A stretch of 28,343 nt of DNA from an uncultured Candidatus Saccharibacteria bacterium (lineage in GTDB: Bacteria > Patescibacteriota > Minisyncoccia > UBA6257), in the NCBI GenBank assembly GCA_964549875.1, contig CAZJVL010000001.1, positions 1 to 28,343 on the forward strand, read 5' to 3'. The translations under genes were made by a program, and so were the position numbers. Below, piece after piece: positions 9,007-17,717 of this stretch (the stretch's first letter is position 1; every line of letters begins with the position of its first letter). The notes beneath the pieces are model-generated. The model was given only the letters and a program-made list of their open reading frames with translations, had not been told where the DNA came from and did no database searches.

Positions 9007-9118
9007 TGACAACGTAGCTGTCATCCAGAGGAGTGAGATTCTTCGCTTTCGCTCAGAACAGGCTCCGCAATCTCATTGGGATTGCCACGCTCGCCTGCTG
9101 GCTCGCTCGCAATGACAG
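9007..9118. repeat. REP-like palindromic element 1 (CTGTCAT...ATGACAG)
   Basis: Terminal IR 9018-9024 / 9112-9118; internal GCAATC/GATTGC hairpin 9067-9085; GAGATTCTTCGCTTTCGCTCAGAA at 9035-9058; flanking small hairpin TGACAAC-GTA-GCTGTCA at 9007-9023. Confidence 0.85.
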
Positions 9119-9121
9119 AAA

Positions 9122-9174
9122 AAATTGTAAATTGAAAATTGATTGAAAATTGTAAATTGTAAATTGGAAATTAA
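9122..9174. repeat. Heptamer array (AAATTG[T/A])x3-TTGA-(AAATTxx)x4
   Basis: Read directly; 9129-9165 is the exact reverse complement of 20752-20788. Confidence 0.95.
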
Positions 9175-9178
9175 TTTA

Positions 9179-9227
9179 TACAGAATACAGAATACAGTAT
9201 ACAGAATACAGTATACAGAATACAGAA
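9179..9227. repeat. Heptamer array (TACAG[A/T]A)x7
   Basis: Seven units ending 16 nt before the htrA ATG; inverse of the array at 10472-10499. Confidence 0.95.
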
Positions 9228-9243
9228 TTTAAAGTATCCTTCT

Positions 9244-10470
9244 ATGGAAAAACAAATACGAAAACTTTTAATAATTTTTCTTGTTGTCGGCCTTGCCGGC
9301 GCCTTTACCTTTGGTTTTCTGGGTGGAATTTTCTCGTCCCGCTATTTGGCAAAGAGTTCAGAAATAGATTCTTCCTTGGAGAATTTAAGAGAAACATCGG
9401 TTTCTTGGGAGGCAAATGATTATGAGGGGAGAATAATAGAGATAATTGAAAAGAGTGAGGATTCAGTAGTCAGCGTGATCGCGACAAAAGATCTGCCAGT
9501 TATTGAAGAATATTATATTGATCCTTTTGAAGAATTTGGGGAGTTAGGTCCATTCGGTTTTTATTTTAGAATTCCTCAATATCGTCAAAAAGGGACTGAA
9601 CCAAGGGAGGTAAGCGCTGGCAGCGGATTTGTTGTTGATTCTCGTGGATATATTATTACCAATCGTCATGTGGTAGAGGACCCGGCAGCCAGCTACACGG
9701 TTCTTACAAATGACGGGAAAAAGTATAATGCCGAGCTAATTGCCCGTGATCTTTTGGAAGACTTTGCTATATTAAAGATAGAGAAATCAGGATTAATCCC
9801 TTTGAATTTAGGCGATTCAAGCAACCTTGTTTTGGGACAAACAGTTATCGCTATCGGCAATGCCTTAGGGGAATTTCAAAATACCGTTTCTTTGGGCGTG
9901 ATTTCTGGTTTATCCCGTTCAATTGAGGTGACTGATAATTATGGTCAGACAGTAGTTCTTAATGATGTTATTCAAACTGATGCGGCGATTAATCAAGGCA
10001 ATTCAGGGGGTCCTTTATTGAATCTTAATGGTGAAGTTATCGGAGTGAATACAGCAAAGGCCTCCAATGCTGAAAATATTGGTTTTGCCATTCCTATAAA
10101 TAAGGTTAAAAATGCGGTAAAGCAGGCAATAGAGACAGGAAAAATTAAAATTCCTTATTTAGGCGTGAGATACATTTTAGTTAATCCGGCAATCCAGGAA
10201 GAAAAACAATTGCCAGTTAATTTTGGGGCTCTTCTGGTAAGCGGAGAAAATAACGAACCAGCAGTAGAAAAAAATTCTCCTGCTCTACAAGCCGGTCTTC
10301 AAGAAGGTGACATTATTTTAGAGTTTGACAATCAAAAAATAGATCAAACTAACCAATTGGCAACTTTGATTCGTCAATATAATGTCGGCGATAAAGTTGT
10401 GTTGAAAATATTGCGTGGTGACGAGACTTTGACCAAAGAAGTTGTTTTAGGAGAATACTCCCCAGAATAA
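9244..10470 (+). CDS. htrA: HtrA/DegP-family trypsin-like serine protease, N-terminal TM anchor plus one PDZ domain
   Basis: SAGSGF, TNRHVV (His), DFAILK (Asp), QTDAAINQGNSGGPL (Ser), PYLGVRY...GLQEGDII (PDZ). Confidence 0.95.
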   Translation: MEKQIRKLLIIFLVVGLAGAFTFGFLGGIFSSRYLAKSSEIDSSLENLRETSVSWEANDYEGRIIEIIEKSEDSVVSVIATKDLPVIEEYYIDPFEEFGELGPFGFYFRIPQYRQKGTEPREVSAGSGFVVDSRGYIITNRHVVEDPAASYTVLTNDGKKYNAELIARDLLEDFAILKIEKSGLIPLNLGDSSNLVLGQTVIAIGNALGEFQNTVSLGVISGLSRSIEVTDNYGQTVVLNDVIQTDAAINQGNSGGPLLNLNGEVIGVNTAKASNAENIGFAIPINKVKNAVKQAIETGKIKIPYLGVRYILVNPAIQEEKQLPVNFGALLVSGENNEPAVEKNSPALQAGLQEGDIILEFDNQKIDQTNQLATLIRQYNVGDKVVLKILRGDETLTKEVVLGEYSPE

Positions 10471-10471
10471 A

Positions 10472-10499
10472 TCTGTATTCTGTATTCTGTATTCTGTAT
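10472..10499. repeat. Heptamer array (TCTGTAT)x4
   Basis: Begins 1 nt after the htrA stop; reverse complement of the upstream TACAGAA array. Confidence 0.95.
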
Positions 10500-10514
10500 A
10501 AATCAACGTTATAG

Positions 10515-10618
10515 TGTCATTCTGAGCGAAGCGAAGAATCTCGCCACTTGTTGGCGAATCTTGCATCCGCAAGAGATCCTTCGGCCTTAACGGCCTCAGG
10601 ATGACAGCTACGCTGTCA
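10515..10618. repeat. REP-like palindromic element 2 (TGTCATTCTGAG...CTCAGGATGACA)
   Basis: 12-bp terminal IR with one G-U (10515-10526 / 10595-10606); GAAGAATCTC/GAGATCCTTC inner stem; hairpins TCGCCA/TGGCGA and TCTTGC/GCAAGA; TGACAGC-TAC-GCTGTCA at 10602-10618. Confidence 0.9.
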
Positions 10619-10638
10619 ATTTACAATTTTCCAATAAA

Positions 10639-10708
10639 TTCTTAATTCATAATTCATAATTCATAATTCATAATTCATAATTCTTAATTCTTAATTCTAA
10701 ATTCTAAT
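10639..10708. repeat. Heptamer array of 10 units: TTCTTAA, (TTCATAA)x5, (TTCTTAA)x2, TTCTAAA, TTCTAAT
   Basis: Read directly; ends 27 nt before the clpB ATG. Confidence 0.95.
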
Positions 10709-10735
10709 TTGATTTTTGAATTTTAAATTTATATT

Positions 10736-13366
10736 ATGCCTTTAGGTAGATTCACAGCTAAAGCCCAAGCGGCAATAGAAAGGGCCCAGCAATTGGCCCT
10801 AGAAAGAAATCAGGGAGAGATGCGCGCCTTGCATCTTTTATATGTTTTATTAGACGAAAGCGATTCTGGCGTGAGAGAGATTTTAGAAAACAATATGAAT
10901 GTAGATGTAGAAGAACTTTTAAAGGATGTTTTTGAGGAAATCACTAAACTGCCGAGGATTTTTAGCGTTGGCGGAGGTTTTGGCCAGATGTATCTTTCAC
11001 AGGAAATGATGCAGATTATTGAAAGCGCAGCAAAAAAGACAATTGAAGATAAAAATGAATACATTTCTCCAGAATATCTATTTTATGGAATTCTCACTAC
11101 TAGAAATTCCGCGCAAGAATTAATAAATAAATATGGACTTAAAAAAGATGACTTTTTACAAGCTCTCTATCAGTACTCAAAGGGAGAGAAGATAATAGAT
11201 GAATTTCAAGAAGTAGGCACAGCGATAGAAAAATACACTCAAGATTTAACGAAATTAGCTGAGGAGCATAAATTAGATCCGGTAATAGGAAGGGAAGAAG
11301 AGTTGAGGCGGTTAATGCAGATATTATCTCGACGGACAAAAAACAACCCGATTTTAATTGGAGAGGCTGGGGTTGGAAAAACAGCTATTGTTGAAGGATT
11401 GGCGCAGCGGATTACTGCTGATGAAGTGCCAGAGAGTTTAATTAATAAAAGAATTATATCTTTGGATATAGGTGCTTTAATTGCCGGCACTCGTTTCCGA
11501 GGAGAGTTTGAGGAGAGGTTAAAAAATCTATTGAAGGAGATAAAGAAAGCCGGTGATGTTATTATTTTTATTGATGAGATTCATACTTTAGTTGGGGCTG
11601 GGGCGGCTGAAGGAGCGATTGACGCATCAAATCTTTTAAAACCAGCATTGGCGCGAGGAGAATTACGAGCTATTGGGGCAGCTACTTTTAAAGATTTTAG
11701 GGAGTATATTGAAAAAGACCCGGCTTTAGAACGCCGCTTCCAACCTGTGTTTGTAGAAGAACCTTCTCCGGAAGAAGCGTTAGAAATTTTAAGAGGGTTA
11801 AAATCAAAATATGAAGCTCATCACGGGCTTAAAATCTCAGAAGAAGCGCTTATTGCAGCGGTTCAGTTATCAAGCCGTTATATTACTTCGCGATTTTTAC
11901 CAGATAAAGCAATAGACCTTATAGATGAGGCAGCTTCAGCTTTAAGCATGGAAATCGGCAGCGTTCCTTTGGCAATAAGTGATTTAAAAAATAAGATAAA
12001 ATCTTTGGAGTTAAAACAGCAAGCAATTAAAAAAGAGGCTTCGCGAAACAACAAAAAGGCTCAAAATAAAAAAATTGACAAAGAGCTAAAGTCATTAAGA
12101 AAAAAATTTAAAGAGCTTGAAAGCAAATGGCAAAAAGAAAAAGAGATATTTACTGAAGTTGCAGAAACAAAGAAGCAAATGGAGCAATTATTTAAAGAGT
12201 CCCAGGAATATGAGAAAGCGGGGCAATTAGATAAAGTTGCTGAAATAATCTATGGGAAAATTCCTCAATTGGAAAAAAAGCTGAAAATTAAGGAAAAAGC
12301 ATTAGAAAGTATTCCCCAAAAAGAAAGATTTTTAAAAGACGAGGTTATGGCTGAAGATATCGCCCGCGTGGTTTCTAATTGGACTGGTATTCCAGTGACA
12401 AGAATGTTGGAAGAAGAAAGTCAAAAATTAATGCGGATAGAGAAAGAATTAGCTAAAAGGGTTATCGGTCAAGATGAAGCCATTCAAGCGGTAAGCCGAG
12501 CAATAAAAAGAGCGAGGGCTGGCATAGCAGAGGAAGAGAGGCCAATTGGGTCTTTTATGTTTTTAGGCCCGACCGGTGTTGGCAAGACAGAACTTGCTAG
12601 AGCCTTGGCAGAATTTATGTTTTCTGATGAAAAAGCATTAATTCGCATTGATATGTCAGAATATATGGAGAAGCATAATGTCGCTCGCTTGATCGGCTCG
12701 CCCCCAGGCTATGTCGGTTATGAAACAGGAGGGCAATTAACCGAGGCAGTGAAACATCGACCTTACAGTTTGATTTTATTTGATGAGATAGAAAAAGCTC
12801 ATCCCGAAGTGTTTAATATCCTTCTTCAAATTTTAGATAATGGCCGCTTGACTGATGGTAAAGGCAGGGTAGTTAATTTTAAGAATACCATTATTATTAT
12901 GACTTCAAATTTAGGCGGGGAATATGTTCATGAATTAGCTTCTTTAGGATTTGCCGTTGATAATGAAAAAAGTAAACTGGAACAGCAAAAAGAGGCATTG
13001 AAAAATAAAATTTATGAAGCGCTTACAGAAAGATTCCGGCCCGAATTTCTGAACCGCATTGATGAAATTGTTATTTTTAATTCGCTCAGCAATCGCGATA
13101 TCCAAAAAATAGTTGATTTACAGATAGAAAAAATAAATTCCCGCTTGGCAGATAAGAAAATTTCTATTCAATTAAGTCCTGAAGCCAAAAAATATTTGGC
13201 CCAGAAAGGATATAGCCTTAATTATGGAGCGCGTCCTTTAAAAAGATTGATAGAGAAAGAAATTTTAGATCCTCTGGCAGATAAAATTATTGCCGGCCAA
13301 GTAGAAGAAAACATGGAGATTTTGGTGGATTTTGATAAGAATAGTTTAAGGATATGTCAAAAATAA
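10736..13366 (+). CDS. clpB: ATP-dependent chaperone ClpB
   Basis: Clp N-domain, Walker A GEAGVGKT and GPTGVGKT, Walker B IIFIDE, long coiled-coil middle domain, [13 protein letters not shown]; 876 aa. Confidence 0.93.
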   Translation: MPLGRFTAKAQAAIERAQQLALERNQGEMRALHLLYVLLDESDSGVREILENNMNVDVEELLKDVFEEITKLPRIFSVGGGFGQMYLSQEMMQIIESAAKKTIEDKNEYISPEYLFYGILTTRNSAQELINKYGLKKDDFLQALYQYSKGEKIIDEFQEVGTAIEKYTQDLTKLAEEHKLDPVIGREEELRRLMQILSRRTKNNPILIGEAGVGKTAIVEGLAQRITADEVPESLINKRIISLDIGALIAGTRFRGEFEERLKNLLKEIKKAGDVIIFIDEIHTLVGAGAAEGAIDASNLLKPALARGELRAIGAATFKDFREYIEKDPALERRFQPVFVEEPSPEEALEILRGLKSKYEAHHGLKISEEALIAAVQLSSRYITSRFLPDKAIDLIDEAASALSMEIGSVPLAISDLKNKIKSLELKQQAIKKEASRNNKKAQNKKIDKELKSLRKKFKELESKWQKEKEIFTEVAETKKQMEQLFKESQEYEKAGQLDKVAEIIYGKIPQLEKKLKIKEKALESIPQKERFLKDEVMAEDIARVVSNWTGIPVTRMLEEESQKLMRIEKELAKRVIGQDEAIQAVSRAIKRARAGIAEEERPIGSFMFLGPTGVGKTELARALAEFMFSDEKALIRIDMSEYMEKHNVARLIGSPPGYVGYETGGQLTEAVKHRPYSLILFDEIEKAHPEVFNILLQILDNGRLTDGKGRVVNFKNTIIIMTSNLGGEYVHELASLGFAVDNEKSKLEQQKEALKNKIYEALTERFRPEFLNRIDEIVIFNSLSNRDIQKIVDLQIEKINSRLADKKISIQLSPEAKKYLAQKGYSLNYGARPLKRLIEKEILDPLADKIIAGQVEENMEILVDFDKNSLRICQK

Positions 13367-14034
13367 AAGATTTTCTTGTTTTGCCGGAGACAAAAATATT
13401 AGTTTTTTTTGTCCTTTATGCCACTTGCCTTTTTGGAAGCGTTATTTTGCCTTTAAATTTTTTTTATGCCATTTTAATTGGCTCAATCATTATTGTCCTT
13501 TGGAAGATTCTTTGGGGGATGTCTTGGGTCAATTTTTTCTTTCTTTTTTTTGGTTTTTTAGAGGCCAATATTATAAGCTCTTTTATAAAATCTTTTTGGG
13601 CCATAATTTTTATTCTTTTATTTTTGGTGTTTTTTTGGAAAAAATGTTTTTCTGGTAAAATAAAAAGCCCCGAGAGGCCAGATGCAAGGGCAGAAAAATA
13701 TTGGCGCGAGATTTTGTTTTATTATCTTTTTCTGGTTTGGATAATAATTTCTTACGGCTGCTATTTCTTTTTAAATTATTCCTTTGGAGCGAGTTTTTTA
13801 ATATATACTTTGGGATTGATATTATTCTCTTACCTGTATTTTTTGTTTTCCAATATTTATTTTTCAAATTTTTTGTTTTCTTTTTTGACTCACATTCTTG
13901 TTAATTTAGAGTTTTTCCTTCTCTTTAATTATCTTTCTTTAAGTGTTTTGGTTTTGAGTATTTTTTTGCTTTTGGTTTTTCGTTTATCTGTTTATTGTTT
14001 AAGATATAAGTTTCTATCAGCCGCTCCTCTATAA
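13354..14034 (+). CDS. Hypothetical polytopic membrane protein (about 6-7 TM)
   Basis: 226-aa ORF of repeated Phe/Leu/Ile-rich segments and one charged loop; start overlaps the clpB end by 13 nt. Confidence 0.7.
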   Translation: MSKIKDFLVLPETKILVFFVLYATCLFGSVILPLNFFYAILIGSIIIVLWKILWGMSWVNFFFLFFGFLEANIISSFIKSFWAIIFILLFLVFFWKKCFSGKIKSPERPDARAEKYWREILFYYLFLVWIIISYGCYFFLNYSFGASFLIYTLGLILFSYLYFLFSNIYFSNFLFSFLTHILVNLEFFLLFNYLSLSVLVLSIFLLLVFRLSVYCLRYKFLSAAPL

Positions 14035-14557
14035 GAGGGAAGATTCCTTCTAATATTTTCTTTTCTTCATCATTAAAATTTTTAAGGACTAATTTTTCAG
14101 CCTTTTGATGGCGAGAAAAAGGACGCACGCCAATTCTAATCCGACAAAAATTTTTTGATTTGAGTTCTTGAATGATAGATTCAACTCCTTTATGTCCGGC
14201 AGATCCGCGGCCGAACTGAATTTTAAAATCACCCAAAGCAATATCTGTGTCGTCATGAGCAATAAAGATGCTTTGGAGGGATAAGTTGTAAAATTGTTTA
14301 AGTAAATTCAGGGTTTTCCCCGACTGATTCATAAAAACAGTAGGTTTGGCTAAAATGATTTTGCGGCCATTTTTGCGGATAAAGATTATTTCTGCAAGAC
14401 ATTTTTTGCTTATTTTCCAATCATTATTGCTCCATTTAGCGGCTAGATAATTAAGGAAATGAGAACCAATATTGTGGCGATTTTTTTGAAAAGACGGCCC
14501 TGGATTGCCTAAGCCAACAATGGCAAGTTGATGTTTTTTTTGTTTTGAATTTGTCAT
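13925..14557 (-). CDS. pth: Peptidyl-tRNA hydrolase
   Basis: IVGLGNPG, NRHNIG, KPTVFMNQSG, AHDDTD, SAGHKGVESI, RIRIGV. Confidence 0.97.
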   Translation of the reverse strand: MTNSKQKKHQLAIVGLGNPGPSFQKNRHNIGSHFLNYLAAKWSNNDWKISKKCLAEIIFIRKNGRKIILAKPTVFMNQSGKTLNLLKQFYNLSLQSIFIAHDDTDIALGDFKIQFGRGSAGHKGVESIIQELKSKNFCRIRIGVRPFSRHQKAEKLVLKNFNDEEKKILEGIFPLIEERLIETYILNNKQINEKPKAKKYSKPKHLKKDN

Positions 14558-15561
14558 TGAGTAGAGATTTTTTCTTTGATATAATTTTGAATCTGTTGAT
14601 ATTGTTCAAATCCTTGACGGGGAATCAGGGCATAGATATATTCTCCTTCTGAGCCATCAGTAAAAGTTACTGTTTGCAATAGCTGGTCTGGCGGCCGGTT
14701 AGTGATTTTAATATATTCTATTTGGTCCACCGGTATATCTTTGACCAAATTAAAAATTTGCCAAAGAGTATTGAAATTTAGATCAGTGATGACATGTTTA
14801 TTTAGGGATTGCCAAATCTTCAACCAAGTAGTTAAATTCCAAACATCGGCTAATTCGGCTAATTTATTTTTTAAGGCAGCAATGATTTGTTGTTGGTTTT
14901 GCATTCTATAAAAATCTCCTTCAGGCGCATAACGAGTACGGACAAATTTAATAGCTAAATCTCCATCTAAATGACGCCAGCCAGCGGCAAGATGAAAAAT
15001 CTCGGAAGGATTATGTGGATTGACCAGCAAAGGGTCAGAAATATCCTCTGCTAGCCAGATATCAATACCGCCAATAGCATCAATCAATTTACCAAAACCT
15101 TCTAACTCTAAGATGGCAGTATGGTTTATGGTTAGTCCTGTGATTTCTTCTATCTTTTGTCTTATTAAATTTGAATTTGTCGCTTGGGAGAATGGTTTAT
15201 CTTTATTTTCTAAATCATAAAGACCATTAATTTTAATTTTTTGGGAGCGATTGGGAATTTGAACCCATAAGTCCCGAGGAATGGAGATAAGAGCAATTTT
15301 CTTTTGTGAGAGATTAAGATGGATTATTAAAATGGCGTCTGTTAAGAATTGTCCTCGGGAGCCCTCGCCGGCAATCCCTAAAAAAAGAATATTCAAAGGG
15401 GGCTTTTCGGCCTCGGTCGTTTTTCCAACAAAATTATTCTGAGAGGCATTGTAAGAAAAGATATACTCTTTTGGCTGCATTTGAGCAAGAAATAAAAAAG
15501 ATGCCATCCCCACTAAGATGATGATAATAAGGAAAGAAATTTTTTTGGAAGGAAAAGTCAT
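14554..15561 (-). CDS. LytR-CpsA-Psr (LCP) family cell-wall polymer ligase
   Basis: N-terminal TM; NILFLG, TDAI, SIPRDLWV, KING, IDAIGGI, FVRTR, GDFYRMQNQQ. The ORF extends to 15597; Met at 15561 is preferred because it directly precedes the TM. 4-nt overlap with pth. Confidence 0.9.
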   Translation of the reverse strand: MTFPSKKISFLIIIILVGMASFLFLAQMQPKEYIFSYNASQNNFVGKTTEAEKPPLNILFLGIAGEGSRGQFLTDAILIIHLNLSQKKIALISIPRDLWVQIPNRSQKIKINGLYDLENKDKPFSQATNSNLIRQKIEEITGLTINHTAILELEGFGKLIDAIGGIDIWLAEDISDPLLVNPHNPSEIFHLAAGWRHLDGDLAIKFVRTRYAPEGDFYRMQNQQQIIAALKNKLAELADVWNLTTWLKIWQSLNKHVITDLNFNTLWQIFNLVKDIPVDQIEYIKITNRPPDQLLQTVTFTDGSEGEYIYALIPRQGFEQYQQIQNYIKEKISTQ

Positions 15562-15580
15562 TTTAAGTAATTTACCACAT

Positions 15581-15609
15581 TTGCTTTCAGAGTTCAATTA
15601 TGGTATTAT
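15581..15609 (+). promoter_or_regulatory. Sigma70-type promoter TTGCTT-N17-TATTAT with extended TG, for the lepB-hisS operon
   Basis: -35 at 15581-15586, 17-nt spacer, TG at 15601-15602, -10 at 15604-15609. Confidence 0.55.
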
Positions 15610-15628
15610 GCCGAAGATATTTAAAAAT

Positions 15629-16159
15629 ATGTGGCGGAAAATTTTTTGGGAGAATTTAGAAATGATTTTTATCGCGATCCTTATAGTTATTCCTATAAGA
15701 TATTTTTTAATACAACCATTTATAGTGCATGGAAGTAGTATGGAGCCGAATTTCTACACTCGGGATTATCTTATTATTGATGAATTAACTTATCGTTTTC
15801 GCGACCCCAAAAGATATGAAATAATTGTGTTTAAAGCCCCTAATCATCTAGAGCAGTTTTATATAAAAAGGATTATCGGTTTGCCTGAGGAAACGATAAT
15901 CATCAAAGACGGCCAGATAACAATTGTCAGCCCTTTGGGAGATTTTGTAAAGATAGAAGAGGATTTTTTACCCAGCGGTTTAATGACCTCAGGTAACCTT
16001 GAATTAACCCTTGGCGCTGATGAGTATTTTGTGTTAGGGGATAATCGTTTGGCTTCTTATGATTCCCGCAATTGGGGGCCAGTAAAAGAAGATTTAATAA
16101 TTGGTCGCGTTTGGCTTCGTCTTTTTCCTCCTCAAAGGATTGAGGCATATGGCTATTAA
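15629..16159 (+). CDS. lepB: Signal peptidase I
   Basis: QPFIVHGSSMEPN (Ser), YIKRIIGLP (Lys), VLGDNRLASYDSR. The ORF opens at 15518; start 15629 chosen from promoter position and TM location. Confidence 0.93.
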   Translation: MWRKIFWENLEMIFIAILIVIPIRYFLIQPFIVHGSSMEPNFYTRDYLIIDELTYRFRDPKRYEIIVFKAPNHLEQFYIKRIIGLPEETIIIKDGQITIVSPLGDFVKIEEDFLPSGLMTSGNLELTLGADEYFVLGDNRLASYDSRNWGPVKEDLIIGRVWLRLFPPQRIEAYGY

Positions 16160-16165
16160 AAAAAT

Positions 16166-17464
16166 ATGAAAAAAGGGCACAAGTCTTTTCAATCTCTTCG
16201 GGGGATGAAGGATATTTTAGCAGAAGATCACTTGTATTATGATTCAGTTTTATATACTGCTAAAAAAATTTTTGAATTTTACAATTTTCAAAGAATAGAA
16301 ACTCCTCTTCTTGAAGAAGCGGAATTATTTGCCAAGGGTGTCGGTAAGAAAACGGAAATGATTGAAAAACAAATGTATCTTTTGAGAAATAAAGAAAATA
16401 AAGAATTATTGGCTTTACGGCCAGAGGGGACGGCGCCGGTGATGAGGGCTTATTTAGAGAAGGGAATGTTTAACTTGCCACAACCGGTAAAATTATATTA
16501 TTTTGGTCCTTTTTTCCGCCACGAAAAACCCCAAGCCGGACGTTATCGTCAGTTTTATCAAGTAGGCGCCGAAATTATAGGTGAAGATGATGCGGCGATA
16601 GATGCAGAAATTATTCTCATTTCAAAGGTCTTTTTAGAATCTTTAGGTTTTCCCAAGAAGGATATTTATCTGCTTATTAACAGCATTGGTTGTTTAGATT
16701 GTCGGCGTCTTTATATAAGAGAGATAAAAAGACATTATAAGAAACACAATAAACAGATTTGTTCTGATTGCCGGAGGCGTTTAGAAGAGAATCCTTTGAG
16801 AGTTTTAGATTGTAAAAATGAAAAATGTTTTCTTGTTAAAGAAGAAGTTCCGTCTATTCTAGATTACCTTTGTTCTGAATGCCGCGATCATTTTAAATCT
16901 GTTTTGGATTACCTCGATTATTTAAATATTCCCTATATTTTGGACAAAACTTTAGTTAGGGGGCTGGATTATTATACTAAAACCGTTTTTGAATTTTATT
17001 TAGACAGCAAGTCAAATAAAATTTCTTTAGGCGGCGGCGGCAGGTATGATAAATTGGCGGAAGCAATCGGAGGATTTGAAAAGCCGGCGGCAGGTGTCGC
17101 TTTTGGCGTTGAAAGGTTGATTCAAGAGATGATTCAGCGTGGTAAAAAATTAAAGCTCCCAGCTCCAAAATTATTTTTGGTTCAAATTGGAGAACCGGCA
17201 AAGAAAATGTCTTTTAAAATTTTAGAACAATTTCGGAAAGAAAATATTCCCTTAGGGGAGAATTTAGGAAAGGAGAGTTTGAAGTCGCAGTTAAAAACAG
17301 CCGATCGATTGGGGGTCCAATATGTTTTAATTCTTGGACAGCAGGAGGTTTTAGATGGTATGATAATTCTAAAGGATATGAGGTCAGGCCTTCAGGAGCT
17401 CATCCCTTTAGACAAAATAATTCCGGAGGTAAAAAAACGCCTTCAAAGACAAAATAGCAAATAA
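16166..17464 (+). CDS. hisS: Histidine--tRNA ligase
   Basis: LRGMKD, LRPEGTAPV, FRHEKPQAGRYRQFYQ, LVRGLDYY, GGGGRYD, GVAFGVERL. Confidence 0.98.
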   Translation: MKKGHKSFQSLRGMKDILAEDHLYYDSVLYTAKKIFEFYNFQRIETPLLEEAELFAKGVGKKTEMIEKQMYLLRNKENKELLALRPEGTAPVMRAYLEKGMFNLPQPVKLYYFGPFFRHEKPQAGRYRQFYQVGAEIIGEDDAAIDAEIILISKVFLESLGFPKKDIYLLINSIGCLDCRRLYIREIKRHYKKHNKQICSDCRRRLEENPLRVLDCKNEKCFLVKEEVPSILDYLCSECRDHFKSVLDYLDYLNIPYILDKTLVRGLDYYTKTVFEFYLDSKSNKISLGGGGRYDKLAEAIGGFEKPAAGVAFGVERLIQEMIQRGKKLKLPAPKLFLVQIGEPAKKMSFKILEQFRKENIPLGENLGKESLKSQLKTADRLGVQYVLILGQQEVLDGMIILKDMRSGLQELIPLDKIIPEVKKRLQRQNSK

Positions 17465-17495
17465 AAAATTAATAAATTTCAATAATTCATAAGAT

Positions 17496-17711
17496 ATGGC
17501 AATTACAATTAAAAGAAGAAAAGGGGAAAATATGAGTTCTTTTTTGAGCCGCGCTTTCAAAACTATTAAAAAGAGCGGTATTCTTTTAGAAGCTCGAAAA
17601 AGAAGATATTATATTCCAAAACCCACAAAAAGAGACCTCAAATTATCGGCGCTCCATAAACAAAAAGTGCTTAAAGAAATAGAAAGGAAGAGAAAGAAAG
17701 GACTTATTTAA
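17496..17711 (+). CDS. rpsU: 30S ribosomal protein bS21 (divergent)
   Basis: 71-aa very basic protein with S21-like KSGILLEARKRRYYIPKP; context hisS-rpsU-ybeY. Confidence 0.75.
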   Translation: MAITIKRRKGENMSSFLSRAFKTIKKSGILLEARKRRYYIPKPTKRDLKLSALHKQKVLKEIERKRKKGLI

Positions 17712-17717
17712 AAAACA

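Noticed and set aside
8924-9227. CRISPR array
   Set aside because: Units are 7 nt and contiguous, with no unique spacers, no 23-47 bp repeats and no cas genes.
10639-10735. CtsR heptad or CIRCE operator upstream of clpB/htrA
   Set aside because: TTCATAA does not match the CtsR consensus (A/G)GTCAAA, no TTAGCACTC-N9-GAGTGCTAA is present, and the same array precedes trmD.
15518-15628. N-terminal extension on LepB, and overlap of lepB with the LCP gene
   Set aside because: An artefact of longest-ORF calling. Starts at 15629 (+) and 15561 (-) give a normal divergent spacer containing a promoter.
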